Assembly: GCA_050951545.1 (NCBI GenBank) | Contig: JBMNJG010000007.1 | Location: 448,001 to 512,000, forward strand | Length of the DNA: 64,000 bases | Origin: Limnochordia bacterium | Lineage (GTDB): Bacteria > Bacillota > Limnochordia > DTU080 | Reading direction: 5' to 3' | In this document: positions 8,465-18,428 of the stretch, piece after piece | Position numbering within the stretch: the stretch's first letter is position 1 | Layout: every line of letters begins with the position of its first letter | Made by a program: the position numbers and the translations under genes | Notes under the pieces: model-generated | Database searches by the model: none | Seen by the model: only the letters and a program-made list of their open reading frames with translations | Told to the model about the DNA's origin: nothing

Positions 8465-9526
8465 TTGTACTCTCTCTATGTAGATGAGGTGAACGTGCCG
8501 CTCTCACTGCTACTGACTCGCGAGCTAAAGGCCAGCGAGAAGATCGTTTGGATGGCCTTAACGATGGATGATCAGCTGGAGGAAAGCTTCCTTTTCTCGC
8601 CCAGCCGCCTGGGGCGGCGCACGGGTATGTCCCGGCCTACCGTTCGCAGGGCGACAGCCAAGTTAACCACCGAGGGCTGGTTTGCTCCACCGGCTAGGCG
8701 GGGTCCTAGCCAGACCGCGGCACAGAAGCCATCCCCGGATAGGGTCTCCGTGCCTGTGGAGCTAGTCATGGCTACTGAAATCCATGCACAGGCCAAATTG
8801 GTTTATGCCCTACTGCTGTCCAAACCTACGGATCCACCTCGCAAAAGGCAGTTCACATACGCTGAGTTAGCCGGCCGGATGAGTCTGAGCCCCCAAACCA
8901 TCAAACACGCGGCTCGTCAGTTGGCCAAGCATGGTTGGCTGGAGATGGAGCAGGCGCACAAGCGGGCACCGATTCGCTTCACTCTCCACAACCCGGTTGA
9001 TAAGCGAAATGTAAAAGAAATACTAGACGTGCAGGATGAGCTCCACCGCGCTACGCACCTCGGAGAGGCTCTCATGCAGGCTATCTTCTTGGCGCTTGTC
9101 GATTGCCTTGACTTCGACGACGGAATGCGCCCAGGTTTCATGAGGAACCCAGCAACTGGCAAGCGTCTGGAGGTCGATCTCTTCTATTACTTGCACAATA
9201 CGGCCATGGAGTTCAATGGGGCGCAACACTACCGCGTCACGGAGCGGAATTCGGCTGAGCAGGTCCATAAGCAGCAATGCCGTGACCAGACCAAACAGCA
9301 GATCTGCGCTAAGAAGAAGATCAAGCTGATCGTGATTCAGACTCACGAGCTGTCCTGCAAGATCATCAAGCGCAAGATTCACAGGCGGCTGCCATTCCGG
9401 CGCGGTCAGGACTTCAACCGGAAGCTCATCAACTATCTCGAGTGTAGATGCGGTGAGTACCAGCAAAGAATAGATGAACGTGGCTGGGGAACCGCCAGCC
9501 AATCTGAGAGAAAGCAAGACGAGTAA
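8465..9526 (+). CDS. Tandem winged-HTH protein with a C-terminal PD-(D/E)XK (Vsr/DUF559-like) endonuclease domain
   Basis: Two internally similar HTH modules (VPLSLLLTRELKASEKIVWMAL..SPSRLGRRTGMSRPTVRRATAKLTTEGWF and VPVELVMATEIHAQAKLVYALL..TYAELAGRMSLSPQTIKHAARQLAKHGWL). Nuclease motifs RNPATGKRLEVDLFY..AMEFNGAQHY..RDQTKQQIC..IKLIVI. Start placed at TTG 8465, after GAGGTG. Confidence 0.88.
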   Translation: MYSLYVDEVNVPLSLLLTRELKASEKIVWMALTMDDQLEESFLFSPSRLGRRTGMSRPTVRRATAKLTTEGWFAPPARRGPSQTAAQKPSPDRVSVPVELVMATEIHAQAKLVYALLLSKPTDPPRKRQFTYAELAGRMSLSPQTIKHAARQLAKHGWLEMEQAHKRAPIRFTLHNPVDKRNVKEILDVQDELHRATHLGEALMQAIFLALVDCLDFDDGMRPGFMRNPATGKRLEVDLFYYLHNTAMEFNGAQHYRVTERNSAEQVHKQQCRDQTKQQICAKKKIKLIVIQTHELSCKIIKRKIHRRLPFRRGQDFNRKLINYLECRCGEYQQRIDERGWGTASQSERKQDE

Positions 9527-9713
9527 TCACCCTGGGTCACCTTGTCCGTTTCGTCAGGGCTCGCATCAGCCGTGCAGCCAATGTTGATGCGCGTCCACCC
9601 GCCGCTGGCGATCAGGGCAACACGTCTGCACTGATCTTCACTCAGACGGCACCGTGACATAACCAGCAGTTGACCGCCATGTCTCGTGTGCACTCCCAAT
9701 CCCCCTATCGACG

Positions 9714-10150
9714 GGGTCCACGCAAAAAATAGCGGAAAGTAAGTGCCGAACGTAGATTCCCAACAAGGAGTTTATGGGGCAAATGGAAAAAGAGATCTCT
9801 GACAACCATCCGCGGGCTCACGTCCGCAGAAGGAGAGATCTCTTTAACTACCAGTATAGTATATCCGGCCGAAACCATCAGCACTCAAGAGGCACCTTCG
9901 CAGGAGGAGATGAACCCTTTATCCGAGGCTGGAGGCCGCTGGCTACCCCATTGGCAGCGGATGCGTAGAAAGCGCCTGTAAGCAGGTTGTTGTTAGGCGC
10001 CACGAGCAATCGCGTTGGAGCCAACTTGGGGCACAGCAGATGCTAAACGTTGCAGCATACTCCCACGGTGAACAGTGGGACGATTTCTGGGAGAGGCTGG
10101 AGGCCGCATGATTAGGAACGGGTGTTCGCCGCGATTTCACGTGTGCACCC
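9714..10150 (+). mobile_element. Internally deleted ISKra4/ISLre2-type insertion sequence (MITE-like, ~437 bp)
   Basis: Imperfect 22-bp terminal inverted repeats GGGTCCACGCAAAAAATAGCGG (9714-9735) and GGGTGCACACGTGAAATCGCGG (reverse complement of 10129-10150), 16/22 match. Contains a transposase C-terminus YPRLEAAGYPIGSGCVESACKQVV..RWSQLGAQQML..WDDFW ending at TGA 10111. No target duplication seen. Confidence 0.75.
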
Positions 10151-10270
10151 ACCATACGGAGTTTCAGTGGAGGACGATCCGCGCCAGGCACTCAGCTCCA
10201 TGTGTTTGCAGGCATCTGGGTCGCGGCGACTAAGATGTGCATGGACCTGGTGACATGGAGGCTGGATCAG

Positions 10271-13147
10271 ATGCTAACGGTTGACATGGTGCATAGGACT
10301 GACGTGCTGGTGTGCGGTGCCACCAGTGGCGCGGTGGCGGCGGCGCTGGCGGCTAAGAAACAGGGCGTTTCGGTGATGGTGGTTTCGGATCGCTCGTACT
10401 TTGGCGAGGAGACGGCGGGCGCGATGCGACTGTGGCAACATGGCCGCTCCGACGACCCCTTATACCGGGGGATCTTTGGCGAGGGCGGGCCTGTGCAACC
10501 CCCGACGCCCGGTCATGTGAAACGCATTTTGGACACGGCGTTGCTCAGGGCGGAAATCCCGTTCCTCTTTGAAAGTCGGCCAGTCTTTCTGCTGCGGGAT
10601 GAGGATGGGCAGGTTGCGGGCGTTGTCTTGGCTTCGCGTACGGCGCTGTACGGAGTGCGCTGTCGTGCTGCGGTGGACGCCAGCCGAACAGGGGTGCTTA
10701 CGCGTGTAGCTGGTCTGCCTCTAAGGCGCGTGAAGGTGCCAGCGGTACGTGAGCTCGTAGTGGTAGGTGCCACTCCACCAGAGGGGAGCCCGTTCACTTG
10801 GCAGGAGGCGGAGTCTCCTTTTTCGGTCACGAGCGACGACAAGACGAGACTATTCCCAGCGTATCGGTTACGCCTGCCGTTGTCGCAGGCGCGTGACTCA
10901 CTTACTCTCCAATTGTCTGCGGACCATGGGGATCGGGCACGAGCGCACTATCCTGGCATTCTCTACAGCGCCGACACATTCACTGATGCGCTTGACGAAC
11001 GCCTGGGAGTGGAGGCTGACTTGAGGAACGACCTGCATCTGCTCGCAGACCACGAACTCGTCCATCTGAATGGAAGGCTCATCGTCGCCAACGCCTTGCT
11101 GCCGCTCAGTGCAAGCGGTGCGTCGTGTCTAGACGATCTAGCTGGACAGTTGGCTTTGGGACACCGAGCGGGGCTATTGGCTTCTGAGTACGCGGCTGGC
11201 CTTCCGGTTGTTGAAGGCCCATTGGCGTGCCATGCAGGTGCACAGGGGCGGACGGACGGCCTGAGGTTCGCAGAGCGACTCAGGCGGCCCCGAGAGGGCA
11301 CAGAAGCTGAGCAGGTAGGCATTCATGGCGTACCAGTCTTTGATGCCTGTGATGTGTTGGTGGCTGGTGGGGGCACGGCAGGAGCACCTGCAGGCATAGG
11401 GGCGGCTCGTTCCGGCGCCCGCACGGTGGTCCTGGAACGGCTGCATGGTCTGGGTGGCGTGGGAACCTTGGGGCTGATCACCCACTACTGGTATGGAAAT
11501 CGAGTCGGGTTCACTGCGGAGATGGACGCCGGGGTTGAGGCGTGCGCCAAGGAGGCGCCGGAGCGGCCGGGGCGCTGGAATCCGGAAGAGAAGATGGGCT
11601 GGTACCTGCGAGCATTGCGTGATGCCGGGGCCAGCGCATGGCTCGGTAGTTTCGCGTTTGGTGCGGAAATGGACGGATCACAGGTGACGGGCGTCTTGGT
11701 CTCGACGCCCTATGGCACGGGGATGGTGCGCGCCGGGGCAGTTGTGGATGCCACTGGCAACGCAGACGTTGCCGCGGCGGCGGGGGCACCGTGCCGTGTG
11801 ATCGACCATCGCCATGTGGCTGTTCAGGGAGCAGGGCTTTCGTCTCGTCGGCCGGGCATCTACTACCGGAATTCGGACCACGCATTCATTGACGACACCG
11901 ATGCGTTGGGGGTAACGCACGCCTATGTGAATGCCCGGGCCAAGTTCGCGCAGGAGTTTGACGTAGCAGTGATAGTCGGCAGTCGCGAGCGACGGCAGGT
12001 CATCGGTGAGCACGAGATCTCGCCTCTGGACCTGCTAGCCAAGCGGACGTATCCTGACACCATCGTCATTGCTCGGAGCAATTTCGATACTCACGGATAC
12101 ACTGTGCATCCGGTTTTCATGGTCGTGCCGCCAGATCAACAAGCACTTATGGCACACGTACCCTTCCGGTGTCTCGTGCCGCAGGGCGTCGACAGGGTTC
12201 TCGTAACTGGTCTGGGTGTGAGTGCACATCGAGATGCTCTGCCCGTCATTCGCATGCAACCAGATGTGCAGAATCAAGGTTACGCTGCGGGCCTGGCGGC
12301 AAGCATGGCTGCCAAAGCACGATCCGGCTTCCAGAATATCGATGTACGGAAGCTGCAAAAGGAACTGGTCGATGAGGGTATTCTGGATGCGGAGGTGCTT
12401 AGGCATACTGACTCGTTCCCGCTTGCTGCGGAAGTAGTAAGGGAGGCTGCGGTGCGTGGGCCCTCTGATCTTTTCACGGCAGCGATCATCATGGGCTACC
12501 CTGAGGTGAGCACGCCGATTCTCTTGGAGATACTGCAGCGCGGCGCTGATGAGAAGCAGAGGGAAGACGCTGCGCTCATTCTTGGGCTGAGCGGGCGAGT
12601 GGAGGCCGTGGCATCGCTCGTGGAGATGATTGACTCGCGGGAGTGGGATGAGGGCTGGGATTACACAGGCATGGGGCAGTTCGGTCGGAGCATGAGTCGC
12701 CTGGACGCCCTCATCATCGCGCTGGGCAAGACAGGCGACCCTGCTGCCATCTCGACCATCCTGCGCAAGATCCAGACCCTCGATGAAAGAAGCGCGTTTT
12801 CGCATTGTCGTGCCGTTTCCGTGGCTGCTAGTGCATTCACAAACTCCGGACTTGCCGAGGCACTATATGCTCTCCTGCAAAAGCCGGGGATGCAGGGGCA
12901 CGCGCATCTGCGGACAGCGCAGGTCATTGCCGATGTCAATGACAGTCCCGTGGAAACAGAGGCCCGTAATCAGTCTCTCAAGGAGTTGGTTCTAGGACGG
13001 GGGCTCTATCTCTGTGGCGATCACGAGGGTCTAGGGCGCCACATTCTTGAGACTTATGCTGATGATCTGCGCGGTCACTACGCCCGCCATGCACAGGCGA
13101 TTTTGGGACACGCTGATCTGGAGTCACTACGGGCAGAAGTGATGTGA
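10271..13147 (+). CDS. FAD-dependent oxidoreductase (two FAD_oxidored-type domains and a C-terminal HEAT-like region)
   Basis: Degenerate first Rossmann motif DVLVCGATSGAVAAALAA; second motif DVLVAGGGTAGAPAGIGAARSGA..LERLHGLGG; VDATGNADVA; VPFRCLVP..IRMQP..QGYAAG. Start placed at ATG 10271, after GGAGG. Confidence 0.9.
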   Translation: MLTVDMVHRTDVLVCGATSGAVAAALAAKKQGVSVMVVSDRSYFGEETAGAMRLWQHGRSDDPLYRGIFGEGGPVQPPTPGHVKRILDTALLRAEIPFLFESRPVFLLRDEDGQVAGVVLASRTALYGVRCRAAVDASRTGVLTRVAGLPLRRVKVPAVRELVVVGATPPEGSPFTWQEAESPFSVTSDDKTRLFPAYRLRLPLSQARDSLTLQLSADHGDRARAHYPGILYSADTFTDALDERLGVEADLRNDLHLLADHELVHLNGRLIVANALLPLSASGASCLDDLAGQLALGHRAGLLASEYAAGLPVVEGPLACHAGAQGRTDGLRFAERLRRPREGTEAEQVGIHGVPVFDACDVLVAGGGTAGAPAGIGAARSGARTVVLERLHGLGGVGTLGLITHYWYGNRVGFTAEMDAGVEACAKEAPERPGRWNPEEKMGWYLRALRDAGASAWLGSFAFGAEMDGSQVTGVLVSTPYGTGMVRAGAVVDATGNADVAAAAGAPCRVIDHRHVAVQGAGLSSRRPGIYYRNSDHAFIDDTDALGVTHAYVNARAKFAQEFDVAVIVGSRERRQVIGEHEISPLDLLAKRTYPDTIVIARSNFDTHGYTVHPVFMVVPPDQQALMAHVPFRCLVPQGVDRVLVTGLGVSAHRDALPVIRMQPDVQNQGYAAGLAASMAAKARSGFQNIDVRKLQKELVDEGILDAEVLRHTDSFPLAAEVVREAAVRGPSDLFTAAIIMGYPEVSTPILLEILQRGADEKQREDAALILGLSGRVEAVASLVEMIDSREWDEGWDYTGMGQFGRSMSRLDALIIALGKTGDPAAISTILRKIQTLDERSAFSHCRAVSVAASAFTNSGLAEALYALLQKPGMQGHAHLRTAQVIADVNDSPVETEARNQSLKELVLGRGLYLCGDHEGLGRHILETYADDLRGHYARHAQAILGHADLESLRAEVM

Positions 13148-13291
13148 GCTAGCGGGAACCTATTCCGTATACCAATGTCATTAGCGCGAAAATGCTAAGT
13201 AATTGTGCTGCACGAGTGCTAAGGTAGACAAGGCTGGTAGGGTTTTGCCTATGCGTTTGCGTACCGATCGGGAGGTGAGCCTCGTAAGCAG

Positions 13292-14458
13292 GTGGTTGAA
13301 ACGTGGATTCGGGAGTTTGAACGCTCCCATCCTCATGTGCGTATCGAATGGCTTCCGGTAGGCGAAGAAAAGGTTGTTGTGTCGATGTTGGGTGGTGTGG
13401 GACCCGATGTGACCGAGGTGTTTGGCGATTTCGCTCAACGGTTGGCCCGCGCGGGGTTGCTCCTGGATCTAAGACCGTTTGTGAAAAGGGACTTCGGTGC
13501 CCAGGAGATTGCGGATTTCTGGCCACCCGCCTGGGACGCTTCTTTCGTAAAATTCGGTTCACAGCAGGGCGTTCAGTTTCGTATCCCACGTTACATGCTT
13601 ACGACCGTCTTTTACTACAACGAAGACCTCTTCCGGCAGGGTGGTCTGGCCACCCCCGCTGAACTGGATGCTCGTGGCGCCTGGGATTGGGCAAGCCTGA
13701 GGAGCTCTGCAAAGAAGCTGACTCGGCGAACTGGCGACACGATCAGCACCTATGGGTTTGTGACTAACACCACTGCTTGGAGACGGATCGTCAACTGGGC
13801 CCGGGCTACTGGAGGCGACTTCTTCGATCCCCGTGATCCGACGCGCTTCATCGGCGATATGCCAGAAGCCGTGGAGGGCATCTCCTTTTTGCAGAACATG
13901 ATCTGGGAAGACCAGTGCATGGCTCCGGGCTGGGCACATTCATCTTTCTACCAGGGGAAGGTCGGCGTCGTAGAGGATGGTATTCATGCCATCATGGATC
14001 GGTTCGAGACCCGTATTCAACAAGCCTTTGCTTGGAACATCGTACCTACGCCCGTTGGACCAACAGGGCGCAATGCCTACACTGGTGACGATGGGTTTTC
14101 CATTTGGATTAACACTCAACATCCAGAGGAAGCGTGGAAGTTCGTGAAGTTCATGACCTCCAAGGATGGGCAAGATCTGATGATCCGGCATGAGGGGTTA
14201 GCCCCAGTGCGACAATCTGCGATGAGAAGCTACAGCGCGGTTCGTCCGCATCTGAACCTGTACTCTCTAGCACTAAACATGCAGCAGGCTGCACCGCCAA
14301 TTGCCAGCTACTTAGTCGGTGATGTGAGCCGTATCGGCGAAATCATGACTCAGGTACTGCAGACTTCATTGGTTGACAATGACAAGCCCTACGAACAGGC
14401 GGCTCGAGAGGCGAAGCCTGTTTTGGAGTCACTAATCCGAGAGTCAATGGGGCGATAG
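13292..14458 (+). CDS. Sugar ABC transporter solute-binding protein (family 1), N-terminal signal peptide missing
   Basis: FERSHPHVRIE..GGVGPDV..LLDLRP..FYYNEDLF..HPEEAWKFVKFM. The frame extends only a few codons upstream to a TAG, with no leader peptide, so it may be 5'-truncated. Confidence 0.88.
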   Translation: MVETWIREFERSHPHVRIEWLPVGEEKVVVSMLGGVGPDVTEVFGDFAQRLARAGLLLDLRPFVKRDFGAQEIADFWPPAWDASFVKFGSQQGVQFRIPRYMLTTVFYYNEDLFRQGGLATPAELDARGAWDWASLRSSAKKLTRRTGDTISTYGFVTNTTAWRRIVNWARATGGDFFDPRDPTRFIGDMPEAVEGISFLQNMIWEDQCMAPGWAHSSFYQGKVGVVEDGIHAIMDRFETRIQQAFAWNIVPTPVGPTGRNAYTGDDGFSIWINTQHPEEAWKFVKFMTSKDGQDLMIRHEGLAPVRQSAMRSYSAVRPHLNLYSLALNMQQAAPPIASYLVGDVSRIGEIMTQVLQTSLVDNDKPYEQAAREAKPVLESLIRESMGR

Positions 14459-14460
14459 CG

Positions 14461-17400
14461 ATGTTACGTTCATCTTGGTGGCACAACGGGCTGTTCTTGG
14501 TACTCGTCGCCATGGGAACATTGACCATCACTATGGTTGGAGGGGCGCAGGGCCGTCTTCTATTCAGTGACGACTTTGCAGACGCCCCGGTGGGTGGTTT
14601 CCCACCGGGCTGGCGAATATCTGCACGCGGGGATTATCTACAAGTGGTGAATGACCCCACGGCGAAGGGGGGTCGAGCGGTTAGAATCTTGGGTGATCCC
14701 TCAAGAGCCAGCAGTATGGTAGTTGAGCTCTCCACCGAGGATCCTGTGATCGTCATAGAGCACTCGGTGCGTTGGGTGAAGAATTCAGGTCTAAACTACT
14801 ACGTTTACGGCCAGCCCAGCGGCAACAACGTGAACTGGTTTGTTGACCAGCGGGGACATCTAAACTACCGCTTCACTCAGAATGGCAAGGTGACAACAGC
14901 GCAGGCAGGGCTCCTGAATCCGGGATGGAATCGTGTGCGAGTACAGGCTGACTACGAGCGCAACGAGGTGTACTTGTACCTTAACGATCTTGAGATCCCT
15001 GCGTTAGGACCACTGCCTTTTCGCACCCCGGTCGATGACTGGAGAGTGATCCGACTGACTTTTTACGACACAGGCAGAAAGGCTAACGTATCCGAGCTCA
15101 CGGAATCCTACTACGACGATGTGCGGGTGTGGAGTCTGAGTCGTGAGGAGGTTGAGGGTGCGGACTCGGCAGAGCCCGTTCAGGCTATCTCCGCCCGGAG
15201 CACCATCTGGGCTGGCGATCTACCGCCCAGGGCTAAGGTGGTGCCCCCGCTCCCCAGTGAGCCACCTGAGGCGAGCGTAGAGCGGGTGCGTGTGCCGCTG
15301 ACCGTGACCGAGGACTCCGGGGTGCGGCGCATCGGACAACCCGTTAGCTCGGGAATACCCTTACCGCGTGGTCAACTCTGGGACGATGCAGGCTTGCGAC
15401 TGCTCAATGCAGACGGTGTGGAAGTGCCACTGCAGACTGAGGTCTTGGCCCGTTGGCCTGATGACAGCATTCGATGGGTTTTGCTCATTTTTCAAGCGGA
15501 TCTGTTGCCTCGGGAGCGGGCTCGGTTTAATGCGGAGTACGGTAGTGCTGTCGAAAGAGCTCAGCGGAGGGGTCTCCAGCTCCATAGAGATGGGAATTCG
15601 CTGCAAGTAGCAGCGGGAGCACTCAAGTGGAGCCTCCCTTCCGAGGGCGTCACCGCGGCAGTGGATCGGGCGGGTGAGGAGTGGCGCTGGGTTGGGGTAC
15701 CGACGCTGACAGCTCGGGACAAGGATGGTTTTGTCTACATTAGCGCGGGCACTAGCTATGCAGTAGACGTCGAAGAGGACGGCCCGCAACGAGCAGTAGT
15801 GCGTATCAGGGGGGAGCTTCGTGCAGAAAGCCCCGGGGCCCCGGGACTCTTCGCTTTCGAGTACCGCCTTTTCTTCTTCCGGGATCGGGCCGTCGTCCGC
15901 ATAGATCCAGTCCTGACAAACCTCATGGCTCATGCAGGTGCAGGGTCGGAGGTCATTGAGCTGCATGAAGTCTCTTTGGTTTTCCCCAAGTGGTTGTCTG
16001 GTCAGGATGCTCTGGCTTACGAGTTGGGCCTCCTGTCTCCTTCTGACGCGGGAGCACAGCATCTGATCGGAATGGCTTCTGAAGCTACTTCGGGGGTACC
16101 TGAGAGAATCACCGGAAAGACGTTCGGAGGATTTCGCTTGGCGCAAGAGGATGTGGGGCTCTTGCGCATGGCGGATCAGCCCGAAGATATTATGCTCTCC
16201 AAGCGAAGCAGCGGTTGGATCCATTTCACACGTGGCGAGCGGCAGGTCGGTGTGGGGGTTCGCCATTTCTGGGAGCAGTTTTCGAAGGGTTTTGAGGTAA
16301 CCCCGGCCGGCGATCTTTGCATTCATCTCTGGGTGGATGGGTCACTCACTATGCGCGGCGGCGAGGCGAAGCGCCACGAGGTGTATGTCTCTCTCGAAGA
16401 TGAACCCAACATGGCAGCCTGGCTGCAGCCTCTGATGGCTGTCGCTTCTCCGGAGTGGTACTCAGACACTGAAGGAATGGGTCAGCCGATTTTCGTCTAT
16501 GATCCGGAGCTACTACCGCTGCTGGATCCGAGTGTCGCGGCCTACGAGGAGTTTGTGCAGGAGGGTTTCGTCCAGCTTCTTCGCAACAGAGAGGTCCTGA
16601 AGGAGTACGGTTGGCGACATTTCGGAGATTGGTCCACCACGTGGGATCCTGACGGCTGGGGAAACATTGAGTGCGACTTGGCCCGTGCATTCTTCCTTCA
16701 GTTTGCCAGAACTGGTGAGTTGGAGTACCTGCGGTTTGCAGAGACCGCGGCCCGGCATTGGATGGATCTGGACATCATCTGGGCTGCTGACACCCTATCG
16801 TGGCTAGGTGGTGGGATTGAGCATTCGACAGCCCATCGCTCCAAGACTGTGGATACGGGACACACGTGGTTGCAGGGTCTGGTGGACTACTACTTGTTCA
16901 CCGGGGATCGTCGTAGCCTGGAGGCGGCCCTGTTGACTGGAGATTGGTTCGCGCGCATGGCTCTGGAGCGACCAGCGAGCGGGCCTCGCCTTCACAACCG
17001 TCCAGGCGCGCGCCGTCCAGGCTGGGCATTGATCGCTCTAATGCGCTTGGCGCATCTAGGTGACCCCTATTACTTGGAGGCTGCCCAAGCCTTAGTACAG
17101 ATCATGGCCGAGGAACAGACCGCAGATGGCCAGTGGACGTATGGGATCCCTGAGGCGGAACTGCCAGGTGAGGGGCGCCCTCAGCTAACCAAGGGGTTTA
17201 TGACAGCTTTGACTCTCAAGGGCTTGGTTGATTATGAGCGCTTTACTGGCGATCCCTTGGCCGCGGATCTCCTAGTCAAAGGGACGCGTTTTCTTGTGGA
17301 TGAAATGTGGGATTACGACGTAGGAGGGTTCCAATACATACATCATCCTAAGTTCCCGCCGTCTGTGGGATCAGGGACCTTTCTGTTTCTTGACAGCTTA

Positions 17401-18357
17401 GTACGCACGTACCAGCTCACGAAAGACGAACGCTTCCTACACGTCGCGCGGCGGGCTTTTGAAGCAGCGGTGGCCAAACTCAAGGTAAGTGAAAGCAACT
17501 TCGGTAAGAGCATAGCCCAGGCTATTCGCCAGACTCCGGAGTCCATGGTCGGCTTTGTGGCCGAGCCTCTTCCCTACGTTGTTAGAGCTCCAGAAGAGCT
17601 GCAGCTATATAAGGGCTCGCCAGTCACACTGGAAGTCACCTTTACGAGAAGGGATGCTGAAGAGGGATATCGCGGTAGCGTGCGCGTTCTTGGCACGCCT
17701 GAGGGTCTTTCTATGGAAGAGACAGAGCTTCCGTTCGAATTGAGGCCTGGTGAGCGGAGTGCCGTGCTGCGGTTCAACGCCGTGGTCGGCGATACTTTGT
17801 ATCCTGGAACGTATTCGATGCAATTCCAGGAGATAGTGACGAGGGTTTCTGCGTGCTCAGCAGTCAGAGTACGTGGCTGGCGGCGTCTGGATGCGTTTCG
17901 GCCTCCTGTAGAACATGGTTGGTTTGGCTCCTTCAGTTTCTCGGCGACACTCGAGGAGTCTGCAGGATGGACCTACGCAACTGATAGCCAAGATGCTCCC
18001 TACGGTTTGGTTAACCGACGCGTGCGTCAGGGATCTGGTGAGGAGTATCTTGTTTACGAAGTCCCTGGACTCTACAGCTTCCAGTTGGTGGCCTTGGTGC
18101 CCCATGAGGAAGTCGAGGGTCTTGGCGAATGCCTGCAAATCTGGATCGGTAATCAGGGTGAGGAATGGAGTCGGGTCGGTGTTGATGTAGCCTGGGAGGC
18201 AAGTGAAGGAATGCCGCTAGCGAAGGTTACACTCTCTCCCAGCACTCGTCTGCGGGGCGATAGGAGCCTGCTCAAGATCGTGGTCGCTGGTGCTGGTGCC
18301 AGCAGATGGCCTCAGTTGGGCGAGCTCCAGTTGGAGGGCTGGGATCTGAACTCATAG
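14461..18357 (+). CDS. Large secreted protein of the PL26/exo-rhamnogalacturonan-lyase-like (PcRGLX/YetA-like) type, with the shared C-terminal domain
   Basis: Signal peptide; LLFSDDF lectin-like N-domain; PVSSGIPLPRG..VPLQTEVLARWPDDSIRW; (alpha/alpha) barrel motifs YGWRHFGDW, HWMDLD, GHTWLQGLVDYYLFTGD. Confidence 0.82.
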   Translation: MLRSSWWHNGLFLVLVAMGTLTITMVGGAQGRLLFSDDFADAPVGGFPPGWRISARGDYLQVVNDPTAKGGRAVRILGDPSRASSMVVELSTEDPVIVIEHSVRWVKNSGLNYYVYGQPSGNNVNWFVDQRGHLNYRFTQNGKVTTAQAGLLNPGWNRVRVQADYERNEVYLYLNDLEIPALGPLPFRTPVDDWRVIRLTFYDTGRKANVSELTESYYDDVRVWSLSREEVEGADSAEPVQAISARSTIWAGDLPPRAKVVPPLPSEPPEASVERVRVPLTVTEDSGVRRIGQPVSSGIPLPRGQLWDDAGLRLLNADGVEVPLQTEVLARWPDDSIRWVLLIFQADLLPRERARFNAEYGSAVERAQRRGLQLHRDGNSLQVAAGALKWSLPSEGVTAAVDRAGEEWRWVGVPTLTARDKDGFVYISAGTSYAVDVEEDGPQRAVVRIRGELRAESPGAPGLFAFEYRLFFFRDRAVVRIDPVLTNLMAHAGAGSEVIELHEVSLVFPKWLSGQDALAYELGLLSPSDAGAQHLIGMASEATSGVPERITGKTFGGFRLAQEDVGLLRMADQPEDIMLSKRSSGWIHFTRGERQVGVGVRHFWEQFSKGFEVTPAGDLCIHLWVDGSLTMRGGEAKRHEVYVSLEDEPNMAAWLQPLMAVASPEWYSDTEGMGQPIFVYDPELLPLLDPSVAAYEEFVQEGFVQLLRNREVLKEYGWRHFGDWSTTWDPDGWGNIECDLARAFFLQFARTGELEYLRFAETAARHWMDLDIIWAADTLSWLGGGIEHSTAHRSKTVDTGHTWLQGLVDYYLFTGDRRSLEAALLTGDWFARMALERPASGPRLHNRPGARRPGWALIALMRLAHLGDPYYLEAAQALVQIMAEEQTADGQWTYGIPEAELPGEGRPQLTKGFMTALTLKGLVDYERFTGDPLAADLLVKGTRFLVDEMWDYDVGGFQYIHHPKFPPSVGSGTFLFLDSLVRTYQLTKDERFLHVARRAFEAAVAKLKVSESNFGKSIAQAIRQTPESMVGFVAEPLPYVVRAPEELQLYKGSPVTLEVTFTRRDAEEGYRGSVRVLGTPEGLSMEETELPFELRPGERSAVLRFNAVVGDTLYPGTYSMQFQEIVTRVSACSAVRVRGWRRLDAFRPPVEHGWFGSFSFSATLEESAGWTYATDSQDAPYGLVNRRVRQGSGEEYLVYEVPGLYSFQLVALVPHEEVEGLGECLQIWIGNQGEEWSRVGVDVAWEASEGMPLAKVTLSPSTRLRGDRSLLKIVVAGAGASRWPQLGELQLEGWDLNS

Positions 18358-18428
18358 GTTCGCGCGAGGCATACCGCCTTGGCCACAACGAGGAGCATGT
18401 TTCTGTACCCTGGCGCTCAGGCCTGTAC

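Noticed and set aside
15361-16326. Long antisense ORFs (also 12035-12805, 32782-33777, 42419-43243, 44065-44772, 47855-48568)
   Set aside because: They are shadows of well-supported genes on the opposite strand in GC-rich DNA and have no recognisable motifs.
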